A program made the position numbers and the translations under genes. A stretch of DNA of 64,000 nucleotides from Parcubacteria group bacterium LiPW_15 (GTDB taxonomy: Bacteria; Patescibacteriota; Minisyncoccia; UBA6257; 2-01-FULL-56-20), in contig VMER01000002.1 of the NCBI GenBank assembly GCA_007375645.1, positions 29,710 to 93,709 of the forward strand. The letters are read 5' to 3'. The notes beneath the pieces are model-generated. The model was not told where the DNA came from. It saw only the letters and a program-made list of their open reading frames with translations, and did not search any database. Below, piece after piece: positions 28,925-37,051 of the stretch (positions are counted from its first letter, which is position 1; every line of letters begins with the position of its first letter).

Positions 28925-28948
28925 AAAAGGGCGGCTTCTCAGCCGCCC
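28921..28948 (-). terminator. Intrinsic terminator for the minus-strand ORFan. GGGCGGC-ttctca-GCCGCCC with an A-tract on plus, which is a T-tract on minus.
   Basis: 7-bp GC stem at 28929-28948, with aaaaaa at 28923-28928. Confidence 0.5.
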
Positions 28949-28966
28949 CGGTCCATTCCCGACTTA

Positions 28967-29593
28967 CTACCCGGGTCCCTCGGGCATGTTGATTCTCGCT
29001 CGCATCCCCCAGATCTCGTCGAAGGCTCGCTGCGAGTCCTCCGCCCTCGCCTTCTTCAGGTTTCTATCCAGAGCGGAGAGATCGCAGATCTTCTGGAAAA
29101 TACCTGCCCAAAAGATAGGCGGCGTGCCCATCTTGTCGGCCAGCGCCGCGATGTTCGGCTCCGCCACCGGGACGAACGAAGCTCTCGCCGGATACCAACG
29201 GCAAATGGATGTCTCGGAGTAGGTGAGAGCGTTGGAACAGGTTAGGAGGGCGAACCCTCCGGCCTTCAGAAGAAAGAGACACCACTCTTCCTTGTGGTCG
29301 CCTTTGTGGTCGACGAAAACTGGGGTCACCTCGGCGCAGAGAGAGTCGTAGCCGAGGCCGGATCCGAAGACCATCTTTTCGGGGTGAGGTCCGCCTCCGA
29401 CCCAACCCATTTTCTTGCTGACCACTCCGAAAAACTCCTGAAATCCCGAAGCATTCTTGAGCGGACCGAGCATCTCCAGCGCCTCCTGGATTATTTGCGC
29501 CCAGGTATTGCTATCGATCTCGTCGTACCAGTAGGGAGCATCCCTTCCCGCAATCACGGAGATTGGCGATGGTTGTCTCTTGGGCGTACCCAT
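28967..29593 (-). CDS. Hypothetical protein (GC-rich ORFan A)
   Basis: 208 aa. SD aggagg lies 7 nt before the ATG. GC-rich codon usage unlike the flanking genes. No recognisable motif. Confidence 0.5.
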   Translation of the reverse strand: MGTPKRQPSPISVIAGRDAPYWYDEIDSNTWAQIIQEALEMLGPLKNASGFQEFFGVVSKKMGWVGGGPHPEKMVFGSGLGYDSLCAEVTPVFVDHKGDHKEEWCLFLLKAGGFALLTCSNALTYSETSICRWYPARASFVPVAEPNIAALADKMGTPPIFWAGIFQKICDLSALDRNLKKARAEDSQRAFDEIWGMRARINMPEGPG

Positions 29594-29742
29594 ATGAGAC
29601 CTCCTATTGTGAAGTACCGGCGTACCGGTCTCAGCCTGTTATATCACGCGCCACTTAAACCATCAACACCATCCGCCAAGAAATATTGACTCCGAGTCCA
29701 AGCGGTCATAACATCTTCCTTAGAACACGAAAGGAGATCCCG

Positions 29743-30030
29743 ATGGCAGACGTCTTCGACTCCGTCGACCCCATAAGCCACAACGAGCCAGAGATCATCC
29801 AACTGCTCATACAGCGCAACTCCGCAGTGAGCGATGAGGAAAGGGCAACACTCAAGAAGAGCTACCTGCGCTTGCGCCCAGAGATCGCTAAGGACGAAAA
29901 GGCGCCGGCGTCTCTCGTCCCGGCGCTCGACACGATCTTCGACGTCATACCCGAAGATCTGCCCCCGAAGTCTCTCTGGGAACGAATCGGTGGATGGATC
30001 GAGCGAACCCTTTTCAATTTCGGTCCGTAA
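29743..30030 (+). CDS. Hypothetical protein (GC-rich ORFan B)
   Basis: 95 aa. SD aaaggag lies 6 nt before ATG 29743. A promoter-like TTGACT-17-TAACAT lies upstream. An intrinsic terminator follows. Confidence 0.5.
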   Translation: MADVFDSVDPISHNEPEIIQLLIQRNSAVSDEERATLKKSYLRLRPEIAKDEKAPASLVPALDTIFDVIPEDLPPKSLWERIGGWIERTLFNFGP

Positions 30031-30040
30031 CCGGATCCGA

Positions 30041-30070
30041 GCCGCAGGACCCCCCCTGCGGCCTTTTATT
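30041..30070 (+). terminator. Intrinsic terminator. GCCGCAGG-accccccc-CTGCGGC plus T-tract.
   Basis: 8-bp stem, then cttttatt. Confidence 0.6.
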
Positions 30071-30097
30071 GCAATTTTTCTAAATTCGTGCTATAAT
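30069..30097 (+). promoter_or_regulatory. Promoter of ssrA. TTGCAA, 17-nt spacer, TATAAT.
   Basis: ttgcaa at 30069-30074 and tataat at 30092-30097, about 25 nt before the mature tmRNA 5' end. Confidence 0.5.
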
Positions 30098-30121
30098 GTG
30101 GTTGCCTTGAAAATTGAATAT

Positions 30122-30444
30122 GGGGATGCCGGGCTTCGATAATGATGTCCCGCGTGCCTGCGAACCGAGCGTGACCTCGCTAAACTCACAAAAACTTTAA
30201 CTGCCAACTTTAACGTTGCAGCTCCGTCCCGCGCTTTAGCTTACGCTTAAGACCTGACGGCGCCGATTGCTCTGGGTCTCTTAGAGTAAATCCGGTGTTA
30301 TATAAGGAGACTGGCAAACAGCTTTTGATTCCGAACTGTTTGTAAGAAATTGGAATCGTTTCTGCCTGATCTAATCAGACTACGTTCGTAGATGGCTCGT
30401 GTTCTTCATCTTTACACGGCGGTTCGACTCCGCCCATCTCCACC
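30122..30444 (+). ncRNA. ssrA: tmRNA (SsrA), 323 nt, CCA encoded
   Basis: 5' GGGGATGCCGGGCTTCGA pairs with 3' ..CATCTCC-ACCA to give a 7-bp acceptor with a G3:U70 wobble, the alanine identity element. T-arm GGCGGTTCGACTCCGCC. Internal tag ORF 30203-30250 gives GCC AAC TTT AAC GTT GCA GCT CCG TCC CGC GCT TTA GCT TAC GCT TAA = ANFNVAAPSRALAYA*. Confidence 0.85.
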
Positions 30445-30451
30445 AAATAAA

Positions 30452-30479
30452 AAATCCGGGCCTTGCGCCTGGGTTTTTT
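30452..30479 (+). terminator. Intrinsic terminator of ssrA
   Basis: tccgggc-cttgc-gcctggg (7 bp including 2 G:U pairs) followed by T6. Confidence 0.5.
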
Positions 30480-30606
30480 GTTTGTGGTTATATTTGCGCG
30501 AAGTCGAACGGAGGGGTGGGTCGGAGGGGACGCAATATCGTCCCCTCCGTGGAGGAGATTATTCAGAACCGTGGGTTCGGAAAAGCGAGTGTCAGCGAGC
30601 GCGTGA

Positions 30607-30662
30607 GGTTCTCCGCCCATCCCCCGCCGTAAAGAAACAAAAAATCCCTGTTCGGATTTTTA
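30607..30662 (+). repeat. Degenerate direct repeat of the tmRNA 3' end plus its terminator (att-like remnant)
   Basis: ggttcTCCGCCCATCcccc followed by aaaaaatccctgttcggattttt, compared with the genuine ggttcgacTCCGCCCATCtccacca followed by aaaaaatccgggccttgcgcctgggtttttt, about 185 nt upstream. Confidence 0.45.
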
Positions 30663-30764
30663 TGCTTGATCGACTTTTGACCATATCTCCAGGCTAAGCC
30701 CAAAGGGTTAGGTCGCGTATTTAGTTGTAGATATATTATAACTCTGAATTGACCAGAAAAAAAG

Positions 30765-33700
30765 TTAGTCCGCTTGATCTTCGGCACCTACGGATGCACT
30801 GATTGCTATGCTCGGGGCGTCTAATGCCAGTGCGTCCATTGAAGAGGTAAAGGCATCTAATACCGCATAGACCTTCGGGAGATCCTCTGAGTAAGTGGCG
30901 GCGTAGTTATCTGTTATAACGACCTTCCCTTGTTCGGGCAAATTTAACGCTTTTATTGCGACGCCATTGGCTTTCCAGTAGTCGGCGAGTCTTTTTTTGT
31001 CAATTACTTTAGTAAATTCGCCGATATTGGCAACAAATGCGCGGCCATCAACGGATGCAAATGTGCTCGCAAAATTTATCAATAGATAATCCAAAAAGAT
31101 CTGATAGTTCTGCATATTCGTGTTGGGGTTAAAACATGTTTCGAAGAGGTAATCATTCATATCCTTTCGGATACCATGAGAGTCTCCGCTCCCGCTCTGA
31201 TCGTAATAACCACAACCGATGCCCGAACTAATGATATCGTTGCCAAGTTGATAGGTAATAAACGATTTCGCCCTATTTTTTAGCTTTGCAACTTTATCGT
31301 CAACCTCCTCCTTTGTAATTTTCCCGTCTGTCATTGCGGCATCAACAAACGAGCGGAACTCACTTGCCAAATCACCCAGAGAAAGACTGTCGATTACCTC
31401 AAATAAGTTTATTTTGGGATCTATAAATCGTGTTTTAAAAATTCTAAAAACTTTCTGGGACATCGCGCGCATCTCTTCTATGACGATTGCTCGAACGACC
31501 CCTTCAGTGGGAGCCGTGGGATTATTGTGCTTTGAGAGGGCGCGCTGCAAATTAAATATATCTCCTCCCCGGTCCGCGCTGCAGAAAAGACGGAAGGCAA
31601 GCAAATCATATAAACCCAACACGCCCCTAGACTCTGTCGAGAGCAATTCAATGACACCAACCCCAGCGTGCCTCCCTTCGCCGAAAATCCATTCTGCAAT
31701 TTCAGATATATTTTCCTCCGTATTGGCACCGCGGCGTCCATCTGGGTCTGCCCACCCAGCCTTATCTAACAGCTGTATAAGAAAATACAACAAGTCGTCT
31801 CTGAGCCCGAGCCCCAAGTCCTTGCTGGTGAACAAAGAGTAATTTGCTATATTTTGCAGAAGATACAAAATCAACGAACCGCCAACCCCTGCGCCTGCTT
31901 CCGAGATGCTATTAACGACAACTCTCCAAAGCTGTTCGTGACTTGATTCGCTCTTGGAATAAGAAAATTCTTCGCCACCGAGAACATCTTCGATCTTTTT
32001 TCCTGCAAAAATCTCATTTTTATAATTTAGATAGAATCTATATTGATTTCGTTTTTGCGGCTTGGAAAGTTTCACGATGAGATTGAGATACTCTTCCAGA
32101 TTATGCCCGCCAGTCCATCCGCCCTCGCCGTTGAAACAAGCGTATGAACTCTTTATCTCTTGGGGGACGCTGTCTATCAGGGGAAAATTATCTTTTCTGA
32201 ACCAGTCTTCGGAAACTTTAAGCCTTTGAGATGCATCAAACACCTTGTCAAGTAAAAATCGCGGATTCTCGGTTAATGTTTCGATGTATTTTGTATATTC
32301 AGTGGAATTTTTATATACATTTTTTGAATCCCCGCTCCCCGTTGGGTCTTCCGGGTAGCCAGGAGAGTATGGGTTTGGCAGCGAAAAAAATCCACTTTTG
32401 CCGTAAGTTTCGGAATCATATATTTTGCGAAATATATTTGGATAATTAATATAGATCAGAAGGAGGTGAATTAAATCATGTTTATCAAAATCACTGTTAT
32501 CAAAATCGGTTTTTTCAAGTTCGAACAGCAAAACGGTATTAAGAAGTCTTTTTAGCTTCCTTACGTCGCCGATGAAAGGCAAATATCGGTGATAGTCCTT
32601 CGATTTATATATATCTATAAGGCCACCGATAGCCTTAGAAACAAGCACCGGATCGGCCTGAGAATTTCCGGCCAAGGCCTTAGCCAGATTCTGCGAAACA
32701 TAGTTGGACAAAGTGGCGCTATCAAGGAATATACTAGTTTTTACGTTAATAAATTTCTCAAGAAATTCTGTAACTTTTTCGACACCCGGCTTCTCTCTTT
32801 CCAGCGCACTTATATTGTCCGTGTCATAGCAAAGAACGTATGAAATGTTTGGGAGGGTGAAACTTTTTTTAATGACGAAAAGAACATCCTTAATAGCGGA
32901 GAAGCTAAGCCTATCTAGATCGTCAATAATGATTATTACCTTCTTTTTAGAATCAGATAGCGCAATCTCCAAATCGTCGAAGGCATCGTCAACCGTGTAT
33001 GTCCCCGGGAAGAAATCCAACTTAAGCCCCGACCACGAAAACCCCGCTCTTCCCTTTATTAGCCTGGAATACCTTGATATAAGAGGTCTTATTTCTGGTA
33101 TAAACTCGTTTTTCTGTATGGTCCGAACAAGGCCGTCAACAAACTTTTCTAGTAGGTTTGACCGCCCCTCGTATCTCAGCGGGTTAAAGCGATAAACTAC
33201 CGCCCCCTTTTTATATTCATCGTCTTTTTCCCAATATCCCCTACACAAATTTACGAAAGATGATTTTCCTATGCCCCAAGGGGCGTCTATCCCAAACACG
33301 ATACTATCCGAAGACCCACGATTAAAAACTTTTTCCGCAAACCGTCTTGCGGCGTCCGAAAAGCCCAGCAAATCATCCCCTTCCGGTTTCAATTCGGCAT
33401 CGCTTATAAAAAATGAATGCTCGTTTATTTTTATTCTTTTTTTAAATCTACCCAACGCTGCTTTTAATAGAAAAATTAGGCAAAGAATAAAAGGCAAAGA
33501 AAGCAATGCGAAAATTTGACCAATCGTAAGCGCAGACGCCAGCACTGCATATTGGCGCGAGAAGAACCCTCCAAAGGAAAAATCTACTAAAATTCCCGCG
33601 GATGCAGCAATCGCGATATCCCACCTAGCACTTCTTATTAGCCTAACAAAATCCAAGAAAAATCCTCTGCCGGCTAAATATCCAACAACCAATATCGCGC

Positions 33701-33938
33701 AGGACACAACGATGCTGGAGGCTTCTAGTTCATAGCTCCTGGAGATTATATAGGCGCAAATTTTTAGAGCGACGGGAACAGACAGATACACTACCTCAGA
33801 ACACAAAACCCCAACCCCAAAGGCTTTTATCAGGGCTGTCAGATTTGCCATCCCTATTTTAAAATCTGGAGTTTTTGGCATATTCGCACCTCCAGCATAA
33901 TGCAGCCCCGCCAGAAAGCAATAATTCGTAGCCATCAC
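30765..33938 (-). CDS. KAP-family P-loop NTPase with an N-terminal 4-TM domain (1057 aa)
   Basis: Walker A GIDAPWGIGKSSF and Walker B IIIIDDLDRL, i.e. KAP signatures G.WG.GKS and hhhhDDLDR. About 170 aa of N-terminal TM helices. Long helical C-terminal region. Confidence 0.8.
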   Translation of the reverse strand: MMATNYCFLAGLHYAGGANMPKTPDFKIGMANLTALIKAFGVGVLCSEVVYLSVPVALKICAYIISRSYELEASSIVVSCAILVVGYLAGRGFFLDFVRLIRSARWDIAIAASAGILVDFSFGGFFSRQYAVLASALTIGQIFALLSLPFILCLIFLLKAALGRFKKRIKINEHSFFISDAELKPEGDDLLGFSDAARRFAEKVFNRGSSDSIVFGIDAPWGIGKSSFVNLCRGYWEKDDEYKKGAVVYRFNPLRYEGRSNLLEKFVDGLVRTIQKNEFIPEIRPLISRYSRLIKGRAGFSWSGLKLDFFPGTYTVDDAFDDLEIALSDSKKKVIIIIDDLDRLSFSAIKDVLFVIKKSFTLPNISYVLCYDTDNISALEREKPGVEKVTEFLEKFINVKTSIFLDSATLSNYVSQNLAKALAGNSQADPVLVSKAIGGLIDIYKSKDYHRYLPFIGDVRKLKRLLNTVLLFELEKTDFDNSDFDKHDLIHLLLIYINYPNIFRKIYDSETYGKSGFFSLPNPYSPGYPEDPTGSGDSKNVYKNSTEYTKYIETLTENPRFLLDKVFDASQRLKVSEDWFRKDNFPLIDSVPQEIKSSYACFNGEGGWTGGHNLEEYLNLIVKLSKPQKRNQYRFYLNYKNEIFAGKKIEDVLGGEEFSYSKSESSHEQLWRVVVNSISEAGAGVGGSLILYLLQNIANYSLFTSKDLGLGLRDDLLYFLIQLLDKAGWADPDGRRGANTEENISEIAEWIFGEGRHAGVGVIELLSTESRGVLGLYDLLAFRLFCSADRGGDIFNLQRALSKHNNPTAPTEGVVRAIVIEEMRAMSQKVFRIFKTRFIDPKINLFEVIDSLSLGDLASEFRSFVDAAMTDGKITKEEVDDKVAKLKNRAKSFITYQLGNDIISSGIGCGYYDQSGSGDSHGIRKDMNDYLFETCFNPNTNMQNYQIFLDYLLINFASTFASVDGRAFVANIGEFTKVIDKKRLADYWKANGVAIKALNLPEQGKVVITDNYAATYSEDLPKVYAVLDAFTSSMDALALDAPSIAISASVGAEDQAD

Positions 33939-34246
33939 TCCCTCGGCGATGAATTAGTTTAACTCCTTTGTTGCGGTTGGACGTGCAAAACAGACAAACC
34001 ATTTATATGATTTTCGGAGGATCGGGCTTAATTGATAGTGTTCCCAGAACCGAGAAAGGCAGGTTTTAAACGGTTCACCGTTTCGCCTACCACGCCCGCA
34101 TAACAAAATACTCACCCCTGCGGTGGGTGTTTTGTTATGTGGCACATATTGACGCGGAGTCGAACATAAGTTTGACTAATCTCCGCCGCGGAATATCCTG
34201 TAGTCAGCTCGCCACATATGCCAAATAGTTAGGAAAGGGGTGGCTT

Positions 34247-34432
34247 ATGCCTCTCTCCCTTCAGGAGCGTTACAACCGATATCGACTCGCCGGAGGCGAT
34301 CACGCGGACTTCGTCCTCGAACACGATCTGATAACGGATGACGAAACGGCGGCAAGCTTGAGGCGCAACTTCGCCGATGCGCATCCCGAACGTTCCTTGC
34401 CGAAACGAACCAACCGAGACCGGTCCGAATAA
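34247..34432 (+). CDS. Hypothetical small protein (GC-rich ORFan C)
   Basis: 61 aa. Followed 10 nt later by a second small ORF carrying a strong SD. Confidence 0.35.
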   Translation: MPLSLQERYNRYRLAGGDHADFVLEHDLITDDETAASLRRNFADAHPERSLPKRTNRDRSE

Positions 34433-34442
34433 GGAGGCTCGA

Positions 34443-34658
34443 ATGCCCGGAACAATGCACCACCACCCGGTGTCGGGTGTCCGCCTCTTCGGCACCCGAC
34501 TCCATCCCTACGACAAGCTTCTGCCAACCGATGTTTATGCGGCGCGCACCGGAGAATGGGAACAGTTGCGGGAATCCGGAACCCTGCTCTCGGAAAGCGT
34601 TTGCGCATACATCGTGCGCCCCGAAGGGGCGACCCAGGAAACCGCGCTCGCCGCGTGA
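34443..34658 (+). CDS. Hypothetical small protein (GC-rich ORFan D)
   Basis: 71 aa. SD aaggagg lies 6 nt before ATG 34443. A T-tract follows. Confidence 0.4.
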   Translation: MPGTMHHHPVSGVRLFGTRLHPYDKLLPTDVYAARTGEWEQLRESGTLLSESVCAYIVRPEGATQETALAA

Positions 34659-34768
34659 GCGACAACAATGGATAGTGTCCGCCAGAGCCAAAGGCAATCG
34701 TCCGCCCGAAATTCATTCGGTCGAGACAGGCCCGAGGCTCTTTTTTTATATTTGCTACAATAAACCAT

Positions 34769-35536
34769 ATGAACCCAACATCAATTTTAGCCCTGCTTCA
34801 GCTTGCTCTGTCTCTCTTGGTCAGTGCCCAAACGAATCCGGCCACAACCGTAGCGCAGAAAAATCTGGCTCTTTCTTTTGCGAATCAAGCCGTTTCTATT
34901 TCGGCAAATTATATTTCCCAAATAAATAATTCGGGGGTTGTCATTGCCCCGGCGACACCGACCGCAACCACCACTCCGATCGTAAATCCTGCTCCGGCGA
35001 CAAGCACGCCCGACGAAATCGCTCCGGTTACAAAATCACTTTTCGCGACCCCGCTCGGTGCGGCGACAAACCGAATCAAGACAAATGTTGATGACCTCGC
35101 GATCCTGAATTTGTCCGCGTCGCCAGCGGGAGGTATTTCCCTTACGACGCTCAGAGTCACCCTCTCCGGAAGCCTCGCCTCATCTTCCTTCGGCAACGCC
35201 GATGTTAAGTTGCTCAACTCCTCAAACGTTGCAATTGGAACCCTCGCGCCCGTTACGTGCAATACCGGTCCAAGTTGCGTTTTTGCCTGGTCCGATTTCG
35301 GGTCGAACGGAATAATCTCCGCCGGCGGAACTCTCATGCTCAAATTAAGGATCGACTCTCTTACAAACACGGCTTCGGCAGGCGCGGGCGTTTCGGCGAT
35401 ACTCTCGGCAGTCATTCAATCCGCCGACGATCTCACCTATAACACCGCGGTAGACGGTTCCGGCGCCACGGTTGGCCTGCCTGCGACGGCAGTTCCCTTG
35501 GTTTTGAATTCTGTTTCTTATTCGCCGGGAACATAG
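34769..35536 (+). CDS. Secreted Ser/Thr/Ala-rich protein (signal peptide), hypothetical surface protein
   Basis: N-terminal MNPTSILALLQLALSLLVSAQT signal-like segment, then a low-complexity T/A/S-rich sequence. Confidence 0.5.
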   Translation: MNPTSILALLQLALSLLVSAQTNPATTVAQKNLALSFANQAVSISANYISQINNSGVVIAPATPTATTTPIVNPAPATSTPDEIAPVTKSLFATPLGAATNRIKTNVDDLAILNLSASPAGGISLTTLRVTLSGSLASSSFGNADVKLLNSSNVAIGTLAPVTCNTGPSCVFAWSDFGSNGIISAGGTLMLKLRIDSLTNTASAGAGVSAILSAVIQSADDLTYNTAVDGSGATVGLPATAVPLVLNSVSYSPGT

Positions 35537-35616
35537 TTCCTGCCGCCTAAGAAACCAAAACCCCCGCCTGAGGGCAGAGGTTTGGTGCGTTTCTGGTTTC
35601 TTTGGATTTACGGCTG

Positions 35617-36183
35617 CTAAACAGTTTGTATCTCGTTATTTGATTCCTGCGCTGCGATCGGTGCTACCGCCGACACAATTTCGGAATCCTTAATTTCCAC
35701 GCGGTCCTTCTTTCTGAACAGAGAAACGGCGACAAGGATAAGCAACAAAATCGGAAGCAAGACGAAAAGCAGTTTCGGGCTCAAAACGCTTGAAGCGCTC
35801 GCCGTCTCTTTGTCGGACGACACAACGCTTGCACCGGAACCATCAAGAAAACCCACCGGCTGCGCCGCCTGCTGACTCTCGATCGGGATAGGCGAATTGA
35901 CCGGCGAAGCGGAAAGTTCGGCGCTCACGGAAACAAGAACTTGTTTTATGCCGCCCAAAGTCACGCTTACCGTTGCCGGATTCTCGATCGGGCTACCCGC
36001 TCCGTTTAACCTGGCTTGAATATCGTTCAAGACGCTATCCAAAACATTCAGGGTCTGTCCGAGAAGCGCTCTGGTCGGTTGGTCCACTCTTTCTATGGAA
36101 ACGGCAGCGTGCGCCGAAGGCGCAAACATTATTGCCATAAATCCAACTAGACCGATAACGCAAAAAAGTAATTTTTTGATCAT
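35617..36183 (-). CDS. Secreted or membrane-anchored hypothetical protein (N-terminal signal, C-terminal TM plus basic tail)
   Basis: 188 aa. AHA-like cleavage site. C-terminal LLFVLLPILLLILVAVSLFRKKDR. Confidence 0.45.
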   Translation of the reverse strand: MIKKLLFCVIGLVGFMAIMFAPSAHAAVSIERVDQPTRALLGQTLNVLDSVLNDIQARLNGAGSPIENPATVSVTLGGIKQVLVSVSAELSASPVNSPIPIESQQAAQPVGFLDGSGASVVSSDKETASASSVLSPKLLFVLLPILLLILVAVSLFRKKDRVEIKDSEIVSAVAPIAAQESNNEIQTV

Positions 36184-36478
36184 TGAAATAATAAATTGAT
36201 TTGTTATCGGCCTTTCTAAAGAAACCTACTTAAAAGTGCTGCGAGCCAAACAAACAACTGGCCTTAATATGCCACCAGCCGCCTAAAACATCAACCCCGT
36301 CACCAGATCAAGCGCAATTGGCTTGCTTGCCCGACCAAACAATAAAACTACTTTTAAAACGAGCCCCTCCGCAGGAGCAAAGATAGCTATAATTTCCGCC
36401 AATCAAAAGGGCTAGCGCTTGGCTCGGTGCGGGGTCAACCGCTACTCCACTCCCCGGCCATAGGGTATAATCCGACCA

Positions 36479-37027
36479 ATGGGTCTTTTTTATACCGGAA
36501 AAGGAGATAAAGGAGTCAGCGAAGTTTGGGACGGAAAAAAACTGGATAAGACTTCCGTGGAGTTGGTGGCCTTGGGCGACTTGGATGAATTAAATAGTCT
36601 TTTGGGGTTGGTGCGAAGCCGCACCCCGGATAAAAATAACAAGAAAGTTTTGCTCTCCGTCCAGGATGAGCTTTTTACCATCCAGGCGAATATTTATCTT
36701 CTGGCTATCGGCAGGCTTGAGAAAGCCCCTGAACTCGGCGAAGAAAAAGTTAGAATGGTGGAACGCATAATAGACGCATTGGAAGAGTTTGTCGGCCCGG
36801 AGCGTGGCTTTGTCATCTCCGGCGAAGATCCGGAAGAGGCTTGGCTGGATTTTGCCCGCGCCGTTGCAAGGCGCGCGGAGCGCAGCGCGATAGAACTTAA
36901 TAAAAAAATGGCGTTGCCCGAAAATGTTTTGGCTTATTTAAATCGGCTTTCGAGCTTGCTTTTCGCCATGGGCAGAGCTTCCGCGAAAAAACGCGGCAAA
37001 AAAGAAAAGGGGCCATCATATAAATAG
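36479..37027 (+). CDS. ATP:cob(I)alamin adenosyltransferase, PduO type
   Basis: YTGKGDKGVSEV N-terminal motif (TGDxG-type) and the helical-bundle pattern of PduO/MMAB. TATAAT at 36466-36471 lies upstream. Confidence 0.7.
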   Translation: MGLFYTGKGDKGVSEVWDGKKLDKTSVELVALGDLDELNSLLGLVRSRTPDKNNKKVLLSVQDELFTIQANIYLLAIGRLEKAPELGEEKVRMVERIIDALEEFVGPERGFVISGEDPEEAWLDFARAVARRAERSAIELNKKMALPENVLAYLNRLSSLLFAMGRASAKKRGKKEKGPSYK

Positions 37028-37051
37028 GCCCCGCCGAAGCGGGGCCAGAAC

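Noticed and set aside
30375-30787. ORFs of 74-101 aa overlapping ssrA and its downstream region
   Set aside because: The region encodes the tmRNA (acceptor, T-arm, tag, CCA) and its duplicated 3' remnant. The ORFs are non-coding.
34153-34164. 12-nt inverted match (gcggagtcgaac) to the tmRNA T-arm as a possible second att site
   Set aside because: It is in the opposite orientation and only 12 nt long. It forms part of a local hairpin and is more likely chance or regulatory structure.
28925-34700. Intact prophage or integrative element at ssrA
   Set aside because: I could not recognise an integrase, recombinase, excisionase or phage structural gene. Only an eroded att-like repeat and cargo-like genes are present, so it is reported as a remnant hotspot and not called a mobile_element.
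34769-35536. Possible diversity-generating retroelement target (Ser/Thr-rich secreted protein)
   Set aside because: I saw no reverse transcriptase and no template/variable repeat pair in the window.
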